Below, in pieces: positions 9,968-19,989 of a stretch of DNA of 64,000 nt. The stretch comes from an uncultured Gemmatimonadales bacterium (GTDB lineage: Bacteria; Gemmatimonadota; Gemmatimonadetes; Gemmatimonadales; Gemmatimonadaceae). Each line of letters starts with the position of its first letter. Position 1 is the first letter of the stretch. The stretch is from positions 128,001 to 192,000 of the forward strand of contig CAVPQB010000004.1 of NCBI GenBank assembly GCA_963707505.1, written 5' to 3'. The notes under the pieces were generated by a model. That model was not told the DNA's origin, did not search any database, and was given only the letters and a program-made list of their open reading frames with translations. Made by a program: the position numbers and the translations under genes.

Positions 9968-11425
9968 ATGACAACGGACCCGGCGGCACTCTACAACGCC
10001 TTCACATCCCGCGATCCCCGCTTCGACGGCGTGTTCTACGTAGGCGTTACGTCGACTGGGATCTATTGCCGCCCCGTGTGCACGGCGCGGACCCCGAGAG
10101 CCGCCAACTGCCGTTTCTTCGACAGCGCCGAAGCTGCGGAGAAGGCATCGTTCAGACCGTGTCTGCGTTGCCGGCCGGAGCTGGCGCCCGGGAACGCGCC
10201 CGTCGACGACGCGCATCGGATCGCCAACCTCGTTGCGTATCGTATCGAGGAAGGGATGCTCGATAACGGTGCGGGTCTCGAACAGGTGGCCGCGAAGTTT
10301 GGCTGGAGCTCACGCCAGATTCGGCGCATCCTTCACAAGGAACTCGGCGTATCGCCGATGGAGCTCGTGATGACGCGCCGCCTCCTGCTTGCGAAGCAAT
10401 TGTTGACCGAGACCGCACTTCCCGTAAGCGAAGTGGCGTTCGCGAGCGGGTTCTCGAGCCTTCGCCGGTTCAACGACGCGTTCAGTGGTCGTTACGGAAT
10501 TCCACCGACGCGCCTGCGCAAGGTCGCGAGCGAGTCATCTGTAAGCGCGGTGCCGACCGACACTTTCGCGCTGCAGTTAGCCTATCGCCCCCCGTTCGAC
10601 TGGACGGGGATGCTCGACTTCCTGCGCCTGAGAGCGTCGAAAGGGGTTGAGCGCGTGGATGACGATTCCTACTCGCGCACCATACGACTCGGAAATCACA
10701 CGGGTTGGATTCAGGTGCGCCACATACCCACCAGACGCGTGCTGCTGGTCGAGCTCACGCGCTCATTGATGCCCGTGCTCCCCGCACTGTTGACCAGGTT
10801 GCGCAGCATGTTCGACCTGAGCGCTCGCCCCGACATCATCTCCGCGCAGCTGATGCTCGATCCGTTGTTGACGGACGTCGTCGCAGCAAATCCAGGTATG
10901 CGCGTGCCCGGGGCGTTCGACGGATTCGAGCTTGCGGTGCGCGCGATACTTGGCCAGCAGATCACGGTGAAAGCAGCGACGACGCTGGCGGGTCGCTACG
11001 TCAACGCGTTCGGTGATAGCATCGTCACGCCGCACGATGGTCTCACGCATCTCGCGCCAACCGCGCAACGCGTCGCAGATCTTGCCGTGGACGACATCGC
11101 GTCACTCGGCATCATCCAATCGCGCGCCCGCGGGATCATCGGGCTCGCGACGGAGGTCGCGTCCGGCCGTCTCGAGCTCGACGCCGGCGCCGATCCGGAC
11201 TCAACCATGAAGCAGCTCATCGCGCTCCCCGGCATAGGACGCTGGACTGCTCATTACATCGCCATGCGCGCACTTCGCTGGCCAGACGCGTTCCCCAAGG
11301 AAGACGTCATCCTCCGCAACAACCTTGGCGGGGTTACCGCCGCCCGGGCGGATGAGATGTCTCAGGCGTGGCGCCCGTGGCGCAGCTACGCTACACTGCA
11401 CTTGTGGAGAGGGGCGGTGCGGTAA
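9968..11425 (+). CDS. alkA: Ada Zn-binding/AraC domain fused to AlkA DNA-3-methyladenine glycosylase
   Basis: GIYCRPVC..FRPCLRCRP, HTH (FASGFSSLRRFN), AILGQQIT, LPGIGRWTA, WRPWRSYA. Confidence 0.92.
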   Translation: MTTDPAALYNAFTSRDPRFDGVFYVGVTSTGIYCRPVCTARTPRAANCRFFDSAEAAEKASFRPCLRCRPELAPGNAPVDDAHRIANLVAYRIEEGMLDNGAGLEQVAAKFGWSSRQIRRILHKELGVSPMELVMTRRLLLAKQLLTETALPVSEVAFASGFSSLRRFNDAFSGRYGIPPTRLRKVASESSVSAVPTDTFALQLAYRPPFDWTGMLDFLRLRASKGVERVDDDSYSRTIRLGNHTGWIQVRHIPTRRVLLVELTRSLMPVLPALLTRLRSMFDLSARPDIISAQLMLDPLLTDVVAANPGMRVPGAFDGFELAVRAILGQQITVKAATTLAGRYVNAFGDSIVTPHDGLTHLAPTAQRVADLAVDDIASLGIIQSRARGIIGLATEVASGRLELDAGADPDSTMKQLIALPGIGRWTAHYIAMRALRWPDAFPKEDVILRNNLGGVTAARADEMSQAWRPWRSYATLHLWRGAVR

Positions 11426-11449
11426 AATTTCGAGAGGTCGTAGATTCAT

Positions 11450-12358
11450 ATGCGTGTCCTGAGCCTGCTTCCGGCATCGACGGAGATCATCGCCGCCCTT
11501 CGCGCTGGCGATTCCATCGTCGGCATCACGCACGAGTGCGACTTTCCAGCGGACGTCGTGCGCACGCTCCCACGCGTGACGCGCTCGACGATGAATGCGA
11601 GCCTGACGACTCCACGCGAGATCGACGAGGCGGTGCGCAGTCTGTCGCATGCGGGCGAGCCGCTCTACCTGCTCGACGAGGAGGCGATCACCTCACTCGC
11701 ACCGGATCTGATCGTCACGCAGGCGCTGTGCGAAGTGTGCGCCGTGAGCGAGACCGACGTGCGCGCGATCGCAGCGCGACTGCCGAGCAATCCGGAGGTG
11801 GTGACTCTCTCCGGCTCAACCTGGAACGGCGTTGCGGAGGACATGCGCCGCGTCGGTGCAGCGCTCGGCTGTGTGGATACGGCCGCGGAAGTCGTCGAGT
11901 CACTCGAGGCACGTATTCGCGACGTGCACGAGGCACTGCGCGCCGCCCGCGCGCCGCGTCCTAACGTCGCTGTGATCGAATGGACCGATCCGATATTCGC
12001 GGCCGGCCACTGGGTCCCGGAGCTGGTGCGGCGCGCCGGTGGCCACGAGCTGATGTCAGCTGCAGGCGAACATTCCACCGTTCGCTCAGTTGAAGCAATC
12101 AAATCTGCTCGACCCGAGCTGCTCATAGTCGCGCCTTGCGGTTACGACGCGGAGCGCGCGGCGTGGGCCGCGCGCGAATTGCTCACACTGGACGAATGGG
12201 CGTGGGCTGGTGGGATTCCGGTCTGGGCGGTCGATGCCAACTCCTTGCTCAGCCGCCCGGGCCCGCGTCTCGTGAACGGAATCGAGACTCTCGCCTCGAT
12301 CATGCATCCGGATCTGTTCCCGGTATCGGCTGAGTCGAACGCGATACGGGTTGCGTAG
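11450..12358 (+). CDS. Cobalamin/iron-complex substrate-binding protein (BtuF-like)
   Basis: RVLSLLPASTEI, VGITHECDFP, TQALCEVCAV, SRPGPRL. Confidence 0.82.
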   Translation: MRVLSLLPASTEIIAALRAGDSIVGITHECDFPADVVRTLPRVTRSTMNASLTTPREIDEAVRSLSHAGEPLYLLDEEAITSLAPDLIVTQALCEVCAVSETDVRAIAARLPSNPEVVTLSGSTWNGVAEDMRRVGAALGCVDTAAEVVESLEARIRDVHEALRAARAPRPNVAVIEWTDPIFAAGHWVPELVRRAGGHELMSAAGEHSTVRSVEAIKSARPELLIVAPCGYDAERAAWAARELLTLDEWAWAGGIPVWAVDANSLLSRPGPRLVNGIETLASIMHPDLFPVSAESNAIRVA

Positions 12359-12372
12359 CCCTCCGGCAATTA

Positions 12373-12398
12373 CCCTCTCGGGCAATTACCCGAGAGGG
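12373..12398. terminator. Hairpin between convergent genes
   Basis: CCCTCTCGGG-caatta-CCCGAGAGGG perfect 10-bp stem. Confidence 0.6.
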
Positions 12399-12408
12399 AT
12401 ACACAGAA

Positions 12409-13800
12409 TTACCGATTCACCCTGTACGGTGCCAGTTGCGGATCCACAGTTTTCTTGTCGCCGACCACCACGAGCGTCATGTGCTCGGGCTTGAGGTACG
12501 TCTGCGCCATGTGCTGCACTTCCGCCGGGGTGACAGCGAGAACCCGCTGGACGTAGTTGGCGAGATATGAGTTACCCAATCCCTGCTCGTCGACGAATGA
12601 GAGCTGGTTCACGATCCCTCCGCGCGATGCGTTTCGAAGCGTGAAGAGGCCGATCATGTTGTTCTTGATACCGCTCAGCTCGGGCTCGCCCGGCGCCGCG
12701 CCCTGCAACCGCGCGATCTCACCAAAGATTTCCTTGAGCGACGCACCCGTCACGGCAGTTGTCACGTCAGCCTGCTCGGCCCAGTTCGCTTCGTGATAGT
12801 GCGTGCTCACAGAGCTGTACGGTGAATACGTGTAACCCTTCTGCTCGCGGATGTTGGTAGTGATTCGTGAGCCGAAAGTGCCGCCGAGCAGTGCATCCAT
12901 CACGTTTAGCTGCATGTAGTCGGCGGAGGTCGGGCCGGGAACGGGCACGCCGAGAATCAACGTCGACTGCACCGAGCCAGGTCGGTCAATCAGCGTTACT
13001 GTTCGCTTCGTGCTTGGCGCTGGCGGCTTGATCGTTGGACGCGCACCAGCATTCCATCCCGAAAACACATCGCGCGCCGCACGCTCGACCGAAGCAGGAT
13101 CAAAAACGCCAACAACGTACAGATGGGCGCGCGCTGCACCGAAGTTCCTGGCGTAGAAGTCGCGCACCTGCGTGATCGTGTATCCGCCCAGCATCGCGGC
13201 TGTCGGAAACGTGCGGCCGTATGGATGATCACCGTAGACCTGTCGCGCATAAGCTTCCTGCGCGACGGGCTGCGGCTGACTCAGTGCGATTGCAAGGTTG
13301 CGGGCCTCGTTCGCCTTGATGCGCGCGAGCTCGCTTTCGGGGAACAACGGATGCTGTGCGACATCGGCGACGAGTTTCACCATATCTGCGGCTCGCTCAC
13401 CGAGCACTGCGCCGCCGATCTGCGACATGTCGTCCCCCGCGGATGTGGTCAGCTCGCCTCCCATGCCGGCGACGTCATCGGCGATCTGGGTTGCGCTCCG
13501 TGTCGTTGTTCCCTCGCGCATGAGATCGGTCGTCACGTCGGCCAGCCACGTCCGTGTCGCGGGTTCGTCGATGTGGCCGGTGCGAAGCTCCAGATAGATC
13601 GACGCCTTGGGAATCTTACCGAACTGGACGAGCGTGACCTTCATTCCATTCGCGAGCGTGATGTCCTGTCGCGGCGGAATGTGGAACGCTTTTGGTGTTC
13701 CCAGTGGTGGGGGCGGCTCGCGTGTGGTCGAGGTCTGTTGTCCATTCACCGTGGCCGCAGCGCCGAGTGTGATGAGCGCGGCTGATATGATGTTTTTCAT
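12409..13800 (-). CDS. M16B peptidase, non-catalytic subunit (secreted)
   Basis: LANGMKV, HPYGR, SRITTNIREQKGYTY; no HxxEH; signal peptide. Confidence 0.88.
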   Translation of the reverse strand: MKNIISAALITLGAAATVNGQQTSTTREPPPPLGTPKAFHIPPRQDITLANGMKVTLVQFGKIPKASIYLELRTGHIDEPATRTWLADVTTDLMREGTTTRSATQIADDVAGMGGELTTSAGDDMSQIGGAVLGERAADMVKLVADVAQHPLFPESELARIKANEARNLAIALSQPQPVAQEAYARQVYGDHPYGRTFPTAAMLGGYTITQVRDFYARNFGAARAHLYVVGVFDPASVERAARDVFSGWNAGARPTIKPPAPSTKRTVTLIDRPGSVQSTLILGVPVPGPTSADYMQLNVMDALLGGTFGSRITTNIREQKGYTYSPYSSVSTHYHEANWAEQADVTTAVTGASLKEIFGEIARLQGAAPGEPELSGIKNNMIGLFTLRNASRGGIVNQLSFVDEQGLGNSYLANYVQRVLAVTPAEVQHMAQTYLKPEHMTLVVVGDKKTVDPQLAPYRVNR

Positions 13801-13819
13801 CTGTCTGATCTCCGCGCTA

Positions 13820-15238
13820 TCATGGGTTTGCGCCGCTCTTGGCGGCAGGTACGATGAACTCGACCGTACGATTGGTCGGAGCGAGATATTCCTGCGCAGT
13901 CCTGAGCAGCAACTCCGGCGTCACGCTCGCGAAGCCGGCTTCGAGCTTGTTGATCTCTGCGGGATCGTTGTCGAACAATGCGAAGGATGCGAGCAGGTTT
14001 GCGCGGCCGAAGCCAGCAGACTGCTCCAGCTCCTGGTACAGGCTCGACCGCAGCTTGACGAGCGCAAGGTCGAGCACCGCCTGACTCACCGGAGTCGTAC
14101 GCAGCGGCGCGATCGCGGTGTCCATCGCTGCCAGTAGTGTCTCGCCGGACTTTCCGGAGTCGTGAAATGCCTGTATCTCCCAGAGCATCGGTCCCTGATA
14201 GTCGAACATGTCGCCGAGTCCAAAGTTGATACCGGCATCGACGCTTCCTGTAAGGCCGCGTTTCTGCACCAGCTCCTGATAGAAGCGCGAGTTCTGTCCT
14301 TGCGCCAGAATCTGATCCAGCAACCCGAACGCATACCACTCTGGCGTCAGGCGCTGCGGTACGTGATACGCAACTCCGATTGCGGGGCGTGTGGCAAGCG
14401 AGTCAATTCTCGTGAAGCGCTTCTCGGCCGTTTGCGGAGGCTCTGAGAGGTCGGGCCTGGGTGGGAGCGCGGCGGCGGGGATGGAACCGAAATATTCGGT
14501 TATCCAGCTACGCACATCGTTACGGTCGTAGTCGCCGGTCACGACGAGCACCGCGTTGCCGGGCGAATAATACGTGTGAAAGAAGCTCTGAACGTCGCTC
14601 AGGTTCGCTGCGTCGAGGTCATGCATGTCGCCGTAGAAGTTGTGCGCGTTGTACCAGTTGGTGTTCGCGTGCATCGGCAGATCGATCCACGGAAAGCCGC
14701 CGTACGGCTGGTTCAACACGTTGACGCGAACCTCGTTCTTGACCACGTCGCGTTGGTTATTGAGATTGGCGGTGTCGATCACGAGTCCACGCATTCGATC
14801 GGCCTCGGCCCACAGAATCCTGCGCACCGCGTGGGTTGGTACGACCTCGAAGTAATTGGTGAAGTCGAATCGAGTGGAGCCATTCAGGATACCACCGTTC
14901 TGCTCCACCAGCTTTACGAACTGAAGCTTGCCGAGGTTGCGCGAACCCTGGAACATGAGATGCTCGAAGAGATGCGCGAAGCCGGTTCGGTCACGCGGCT
15001 CGGTGCGGAATCCTATGTTGTAATACACAGCGACCACCGCAGTCGGTGTGGTCGAGTCCGGAGACAGCACCACACGAAGTCCGTTATCGAGCTTGTAGAA
15101 CTCGACGGGAATGTGCAGCGCAGCTGCAGCGCTTGTTGGAGCTCTGGAAGGAGCCTGAGCCCGGACAGCCACTCCGGCTGGACTGAGTACAGCGGCTCCC
15201 AGGATGAAGATGTGACGCAGGCGATACACGGGCACCAT
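13820..15238 (-). CDS. M16B zinc peptidase, catalytic subunit (secreted)
   Basis: GFAHLFEHLMFQGS (HxxEH), LDNGLRVV, EADRM; start set at MVPV. Confidence 0.92.
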   Translation of the reverse strand: MVPVYRLRHIFILGAAVLSPAGVAVRAQAPSRAPTSAAAALHIPVEFYKLDNGLRVVLSPDSTTPTAVVAVYYNIGFRTEPRDRTGFAHLFEHLMFQGSRNLGKLQFVKLVEQNGGILNGSTRFDFTNYFEVVPTHAVRRILWAEADRMRGLVIDTANLNNQRDVVKNEVRVNVLNQPYGGFPWIDLPMHANTNWYNAHNFYGDMHDLDAANLSDVQSFFHTYYSPGNAVLVVTGDYDRNDVRSWITEYFGSIPAAALPPRPDLSEPPQTAEKRFTRIDSLATRPAIGVAYHVPQRLTPEWYAFGLLDQILAQGQNSRFYQELVQKRGLTGSVDAGINFGLGDMFDYQGPMLWEIQAFHDSGKSGETLLAAMDTAIAPLRTTPVSQAVLDLALVKLRSSLYQELEQSAGFGRANLLASFALFDNDPAEINKLEAGFASVTPELLLRTAQEYLAPTNRTVEFIVPAAKSGANP

Positions 15239-15481
15239 GGTCGTCTCTTTGGGTGAGTGGTAAGGGAACATGGAGGACAGTACGGCGTCCGGCAAGTCGC
15301 CAGGTCCGGGATGTAGCGGGTACTGCGGGCGCGGTTCAGCAGGTCTCGATGCATGCGGCTTCCTCGCGAGCCACGAGTAGATGATTCGCCCCGCGGTCGG
15401 TCGAGGTTGATGTGAGATAGCGGAGGCAGCAGAGAACCCTCGGGGTTCGTAAGTTTTTCACATCCCTTCCAAGGACTCTTC

Positions 15482-17581
15482 GTGCGTCTTTCGCTCGTTA
15501 TTGCCGCCGGTGCTTCGGTGCTGGTACTCGCGTCAGGGGCGGCGGCACAGAATGCGCCTCGCCCATCAGGCGATCCCGCATCGGTCTCCGCAGTTGCTTC
15601 CTGGCTCGCTTACGACGCCCCGCCGGGTGAGGAATCCCGCATCACCGATGCGGTGATGGCTGCGGACAGTCACTGGCGCCGCGACGCACTCGGCAATCTC
15701 GTCATGACGGTCGGAAGTGGTCGTCCCCGGCGGTTGATCGCGTGCGGGCTCGATCACGCAGGGTTCATCGTGAGCCAGATAACGGACGAGGGCTATCTGC
15801 GATTGCATCGCGCCGGAAATGGTGCGACGCATCCACTCTGGGATCAGTTCCATCAGGCGCAGCAGGTGCGGGTGTTGACGACGAACGGATCTGTTCCGGG
15901 TGTAGTCGCCGTCGACAATCTTCACTTCGCGCAGGAGCATCGCGGCGATACGTCTGTCGTAAACGTGGATCAGCTGTGGGTGGACGTCGGCGTCCGATCT
16001 CGCGACGAAGCAACTGCGCTGGGCGTCACCCTGATCGATCCCGTAGTACGTGACGTACCACCCTGGATATACGCTGACCATGTAGCAGGCGCCGACGCGA
16101 GTGGCCGCGCAGGATGTGCCGCTGTGGCATCGGTTGCGCGCGCAGCCCAGCGCAATACGCGCACCACTGGGGAAACAGTATTCGTGTTGTCCACGCAGAG
16201 CAGCTTTCGATGGAGCGGACTGGAAGGTGCAGCGGCGCGTCTTGGTAAATTCGATGAGGCCATGATCGTTGCCGCTGCGAGCGTGTCGGGTGATGACACT
16301 GCAGCGGTGTCACACGCACCCTTCGCTCCACGCGCGAGATCGGCTCCAGCGGTGAACACCGATGCGGTGTCGCGTATCGCAGTGCGCGCGCGGTTCGCCG
16401 GCTCGCTCGTGGAGAGCGTCCGCGCAAGTGATCTGGACTCGTTGCTCGTCGCGTTGCGCGCAGCCGCCCACGTATCGTCACAAGCACCGTGGGTTGTGTT
16501 GTCGCAGCCTTCTACGAAGGGGACAACCCGCGCGCGCGACAGTCTTTCCCTGGCTGCAGACGTGCTCACACGCCTCGTCGAGCTACCAGCGGTCGGCGAG
16601 CGCGAGGCTCCGGTGCGCGATGCAATTCGCAGTGCATTGCCGGAATGGGCGCGCAAGCAGATAGTCCAGGACTCCGCCGGCAATCTCATTCTGTCGATGG
16701 GCCCGGATCGCGATACGAGTGTCTTTCTCGCACACATGGACGAAGTGGGATACATCGTCCGATCCATCGATCGCGATGGAACTGTAACGCTGACGTCGCA
16801 GGGTGGTCTCAATGGCGCAGCATGGGAGGGCCAACCCGCTCTGTTGTATCTGGACCGGCCGACGACCAACGGCTCACGCGGCTCGGCGGCACCCGCATCA
16901 CTCGCCGGAGTCTTCGTGCCGCGCGAACAGGCGAAGTTGCGTCGCCCCGATGTCATGCGCGCGTGGTTCGGAATGGATTCGGCTGCACTCGTCACGCACG
17001 GAGTACGTGCCGGGCTGGTTGTTACCGCGTACAAGCGCGGCGAGCGTCTCGCTGCAACACGGTTCACCGCACGGGCGCTGGATGACAGGGCCGGTGACAC
17101 GGCGCTGTTGCTGGCACTTGCAGAAATGGATCCGGCGAGACTGACTCACAAGGTGATCTTCGTCTGGTCTGTCGAGGAGGAAGTCGGACTCTTCGGCGCC
17201 GCCGCTGCTGCGCGCAGCATCGGGACGTCGGTGCATCACGCATACGCGATCGATACTTTCGTTTCCTCCGATACACCACTGGAGTCGCCACTCTTCGCAT
17301 TCGCCCCGCTCGGCGACGGGCCTGTATTGCGAGCTTCGGATGATGGCATGATCGTGCTGCCGAGCGAGCGTGACCGCATAATCGCACTTGCTCAAAGCAA
17401 TCGTATTCCGTTGCAGGTTGGCACAACCAAGGGATCGACCGACGCCGTTCCGTTCGTGGCACAAGGCGCGATCGGTGCCCAGCTCGGCTGGCCGGGACGG
17501 TACAGTCACTCGCCAGCGGAGGTATTGGATCTCAATGATTTGAAATCGCTGGCGCGGCTGGTGCGGGTGCTGGCGCAGTGA
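15482..17581 (+). CDS. Secreted M42 (TET-like) metallopeptidase with two tandem domains
   Basis: C-half AHMDEVG, ALDDRAG, EEEVG, YSHSPAE; N-half is a degenerate copy (DALGNL..CGLDHAG..LWVDVG). Confidence 0.82.
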   Translation: MRLSLVIAAGASVLVLASGAAAQNAPRPSGDPASVSAVASWLAYDAPPGEESRITDAVMAADSHWRRDALGNLVMTVGSGRPRRLIACGLDHAGFIVSQITDEGYLRLHRAGNGATHPLWDQFHQAQQVRVLTTNGSVPGVVAVDNLHFAQEHRGDTSVVNVDQLWVDVGVRSRDEATALGVTLIDPVVRDVPPWIYADHVAGADASGRAGCAAVASVARAAQRNTRTTGETVFVLSTQSSFRWSGLEGAAARLGKFDEAMIVAAASVSGDDTAAVSHAPFAPRARSAPAVNTDAVSRIAVRARFAGSLVESVRASDLDSLLVALRAAAHVSSQAPWVVLSQPSTKGTTRARDSLSLAADVLTRLVELPAVGEREAPVRDAIRSALPEWARKQIVQDSAGNLILSMGPDRDTSVFLAHMDEVGYIVRSIDRDGTVTLTSQGGLNGAAWEGQPALLYLDRPTTNGSRGSAAPASLAGVFVPREQAKLRRPDVMRAWFGMDSAALVTHGVRAGLVVTAYKRGERLAATRFTARALDDRAGDTALLLALAEMDPARLTHKVIFVWSVEEEVGLFGAAAAARSIGTSVHHAYAIDTFVSSDTPLESPLFAFAPLGDGPVLRASDDGMIVLPSERDRIIALAQSNRIPLQVGTTKGSTDAVPFVAQGAIGAQLGWPGRYSHSPAEVLDLNDLKSLARLVRVLAQ

Positions 17582-17623
17582 CGCAGCGGTAATCCGACCG
17601 CAACTAGATCCGTTTACGACAGA

Positions 17624-18952
17624 TCATTCGCGCATCGATGGTGCCACGATCACAGCCGCCACCATATCCGCCGTAACATTCGTAACAGTTCTGAACATGT
17701 CCGGAATCACATCCACGGCGAGAAGAATTCCCACACCTTCCGCCGGTATCCCGACGCTCGCCAGCACCGGTACCATGACGAGCAGCACACCGCCTGGAAT
17801 GCCCGGCACACTGAAACTCAGCAATACCGCCGACATGGCGATCGACGCGACCTCGGCGGGCGTTATCGTCACACCATAGATCCGCGCCAGGAACAGACTG
17901 CTGGTCGTGATCGCGATGGTTGCACCGAGCTTGAACGTCGATACTGCGAGCGGAAGCACGAAGCCTGTCGCCGCCGCCGGAAGACCAAGCTGCATCTTGC
18001 CCGCTTCGATCATCGCGGGAAGTGTCGCGAGTGACGATCGTGAGCTGAATCCGACCACCTGCGCAGGGGCGATGGCACGCGCGAACCTGACCAGCGGAAC
18101 TCGGCCCACCACGACGGCAACCACATACAACGCGCACGTGTAGATGAGACACGCAATCGCGACGAGTATCAGCAGCGCGATGATTGCGTGCGCGCCGCCG
18201 AACCCTGTTCGCGCGCCGAGTGCGTATGCCAGACCGTACACACCGATCGGCGCGACCCAGAGCACCCAGCGCACGAGCTCGAGCATCACGTCCGCAACTG
18301 CGCGAAAGAAGCCGACAAGATGTGCGCGCGATTCCGGCGTGAGCCTGGTAACACCGACGCCGAATGCAACCGTGAAGATCACCAGCGGTAGCAGCGCGCC
18401 GTTGGCCGCCGCGGCGACAGGATTCGCCGGAATCAGTGCGCCGATCCAGTCCCAGAAACCGGGCACTGCGTGTGGGACTCCTGCAACTACGGGCGCGGCT
18501 TCGCGGGTCCCGGCGAGCGCTCCCGTCGATCCGGCGGTGACGCGCAACAACGTCAGCAGCCATGGCGTCACGATCGCGATCAGCACCGCACCGCTGACGA
18601 GGAGCGCAAGAAAAACTCCAATCACCCGCACGCCGAGCCGTCCGACTGCGCCGGCGTCGGCAAGTGACGCGATGCTCGTGATGAGCAGCGCAACCACCAG
18701 TGGCACTACCAGTGCGCTGATAGCCTTGACCCAGATCGTTCCCACGGGACCGATCGCACCCGCAAACTGCGGAAAGATCGCGCCGCACACTCCGCCGGCG
18801 ACGAAGGCTAGAAGTATCGTTGCCGCTGGTGATACACGTCGTCTCGTGTGTCTATCCGGTGGAAGCCCACCGCGCTCCGCGTGATCCGTTGCGTGTTCTG
18901 GCACAGCGCTGGAATCTACGCCCTGGCCGCACCGCTGCTGGGGCTTTCGCAA
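17624..18952 (-). CDS. Dicarboxylate/amino acid:cation symporter (GltP family)
   Basis: LIPANP, FSSRSSLATLP, DMFRTVTNVTAD; true start probably downstream of 18952. Confidence 0.9.
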   Translation of the reverse strand: MRKPQQRCGQGVDSSAVPEHATDHAERGGLPPDRHTRRRVSPAATILLAFVAGGVCGAIFPQFAGAIGPVGTIWVKAISALVVPLVVALLITSIASLADAGAVGRLGVRVIGVFLALLVSGAVLIAIVTPWLLTLLRVTAGSTGALAGTREAAPVVAGVPHAVPGFWDWIGALIPANPVAAAANGALLPLVIFTVAFGVGVTRLTPESRAHLVGFFRAVADVMLELVRWVLWVAPIGVYGLAYALGARTGFGGAHAIIALLILVAIACLIYTCALYVVAVVVGRVPLVRFARAIAPAQVVGFSSRSSLATLPAMIEAGKMQLGLPAAATGFVLPLAVSTFKLGATIAITTSSLFLARIYGVTITPAEVASIAMSAVLLSFSVPGIPGGVLLVMVPVLASVGIPAEGVGILLAVDVIPDMFRTVTNVTADMVAAVIVAPSMRE

Positions 18953-19026
18953 CCTGCCGGGTTACGCCAATTCTCCGAAACAACGATTGACGTCCGACGA
19001 GTGTCGAATTGACATGAGCACGCGTC

Positions 19027-19875
19027 ATGAATGACTCCGGTCCCGGCAATGGCCGGACCCTCGCGCACGCCGAGTTCTTCGGTGATCAGAGCCGCCGGCA
19101 CACCGTCGCTGGATTCACGATCGCAAGCATGGTGGCGGACCCGACCCTCCAGATCGAGCGCCACACCCATGAGACAGCCCACTTCATCGTACTGCTCAGC
19201 GGGCAGTATGTCACGACCGCACGCGGTGCCGACGCAGTGTGCGTCAGGCCGGCACTGATCTACAACCCTCCGGGTACCACTCATCGCGATCGCTTCCGTC
19301 GGGTGCATGGGCGTGTGGATGGGCGCTTCATCTCCGTGGCTGTGGACTCAGCGCGAATGGGCGATATCGCCCGATCCTTCGCGCTCGTGCAGGACGCCTT
19401 GTACACGCATGAACGGAGCGCCGTGCAAATCGGAATGCGGTTGGCCAGAGAGCTTGCGGATTACCGGGATTCATCATCTCTCGCCGTCGAAGCGATCTGT
19501 CTCGAGCTCTTCACACTTGCGATCGCGGAGCGTGTACCGCAGCGCTCTTCCGTGCCCCCATGGCTTCGCGTCGCGCGCGATCTCATTCAGGATTACTGCG
19601 CCGAAGGCACGTGCATCGCGGATATCGCGAGTGCCTGCGACGTGCATCCGGTGTACCTTGCGCGCGTTTTCCGCAAATGTTTCGGATGCTCGCCCGGTGA
19701 ATATCTTCGCCGGTGCCGGATAGAGCGCGCTGCAGCTCTCCTCGCTCACACCCCCACCTCGCTCAGCCTCGTCGCGTTGCAGTGTGGCTATGCAGATCAG
19801 AGTCATCTCAACGCCTCGTTCCGACGCGCTTACGGCTCGACGCCGGCTGAGTATCGCCGCATGTCAAAGCCCTGA
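19027..19875 (+). CDS. AraC family transcriptional regulator
   Basis: Cupin N-terminus (HTHE), VHPVYLARVF, GYADQSHL..F. Confidence 0.92.
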   Translation: MNDSGPGNGRTLAHAEFFGDQSRRHTVAGFTIASMVADPTLQIERHTHETAHFIVLLSGQYVTTARGADAVCVRPALIYNPPGTTHRDRFRRVHGRVDGRFISVAVDSARMGDIARSFALVQDALYTHERSAVQIGMRLARELADYRDSSSLAVEAICLELFTLAIAERVPQRSSVPPWLRVARDLIQDYCAEGTCIADIASACDVHPVYLARVFRKCFGCSPGEYLRRCRIERAAALLAHTPTSLSLVALQCGYADQSHLNASFRRAYGSTPAEYRRMSKP

Positions 19876-19896
19876 CGCCGTCGGCGTCCATCGAAA

Positions 19897-19915
19897 GGTT
19901 GCAAAAATACAAGAC
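19897..19915 (+). promoter_or_regulatory. Possible AraC-type site upstream of the serine hydrolase
   Basis: GGTTGCAAAAATACAAGAC between araC stop and target gene; single copy, inference only. Confidence 0.3.
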
Positions 19916-19989
19916 AGATTCAGATCATCGTTGCTACCTTCTCCGATGAAAAGTGGACTCACTCCCTTGCAGCTCACTCTGAGGCATTC

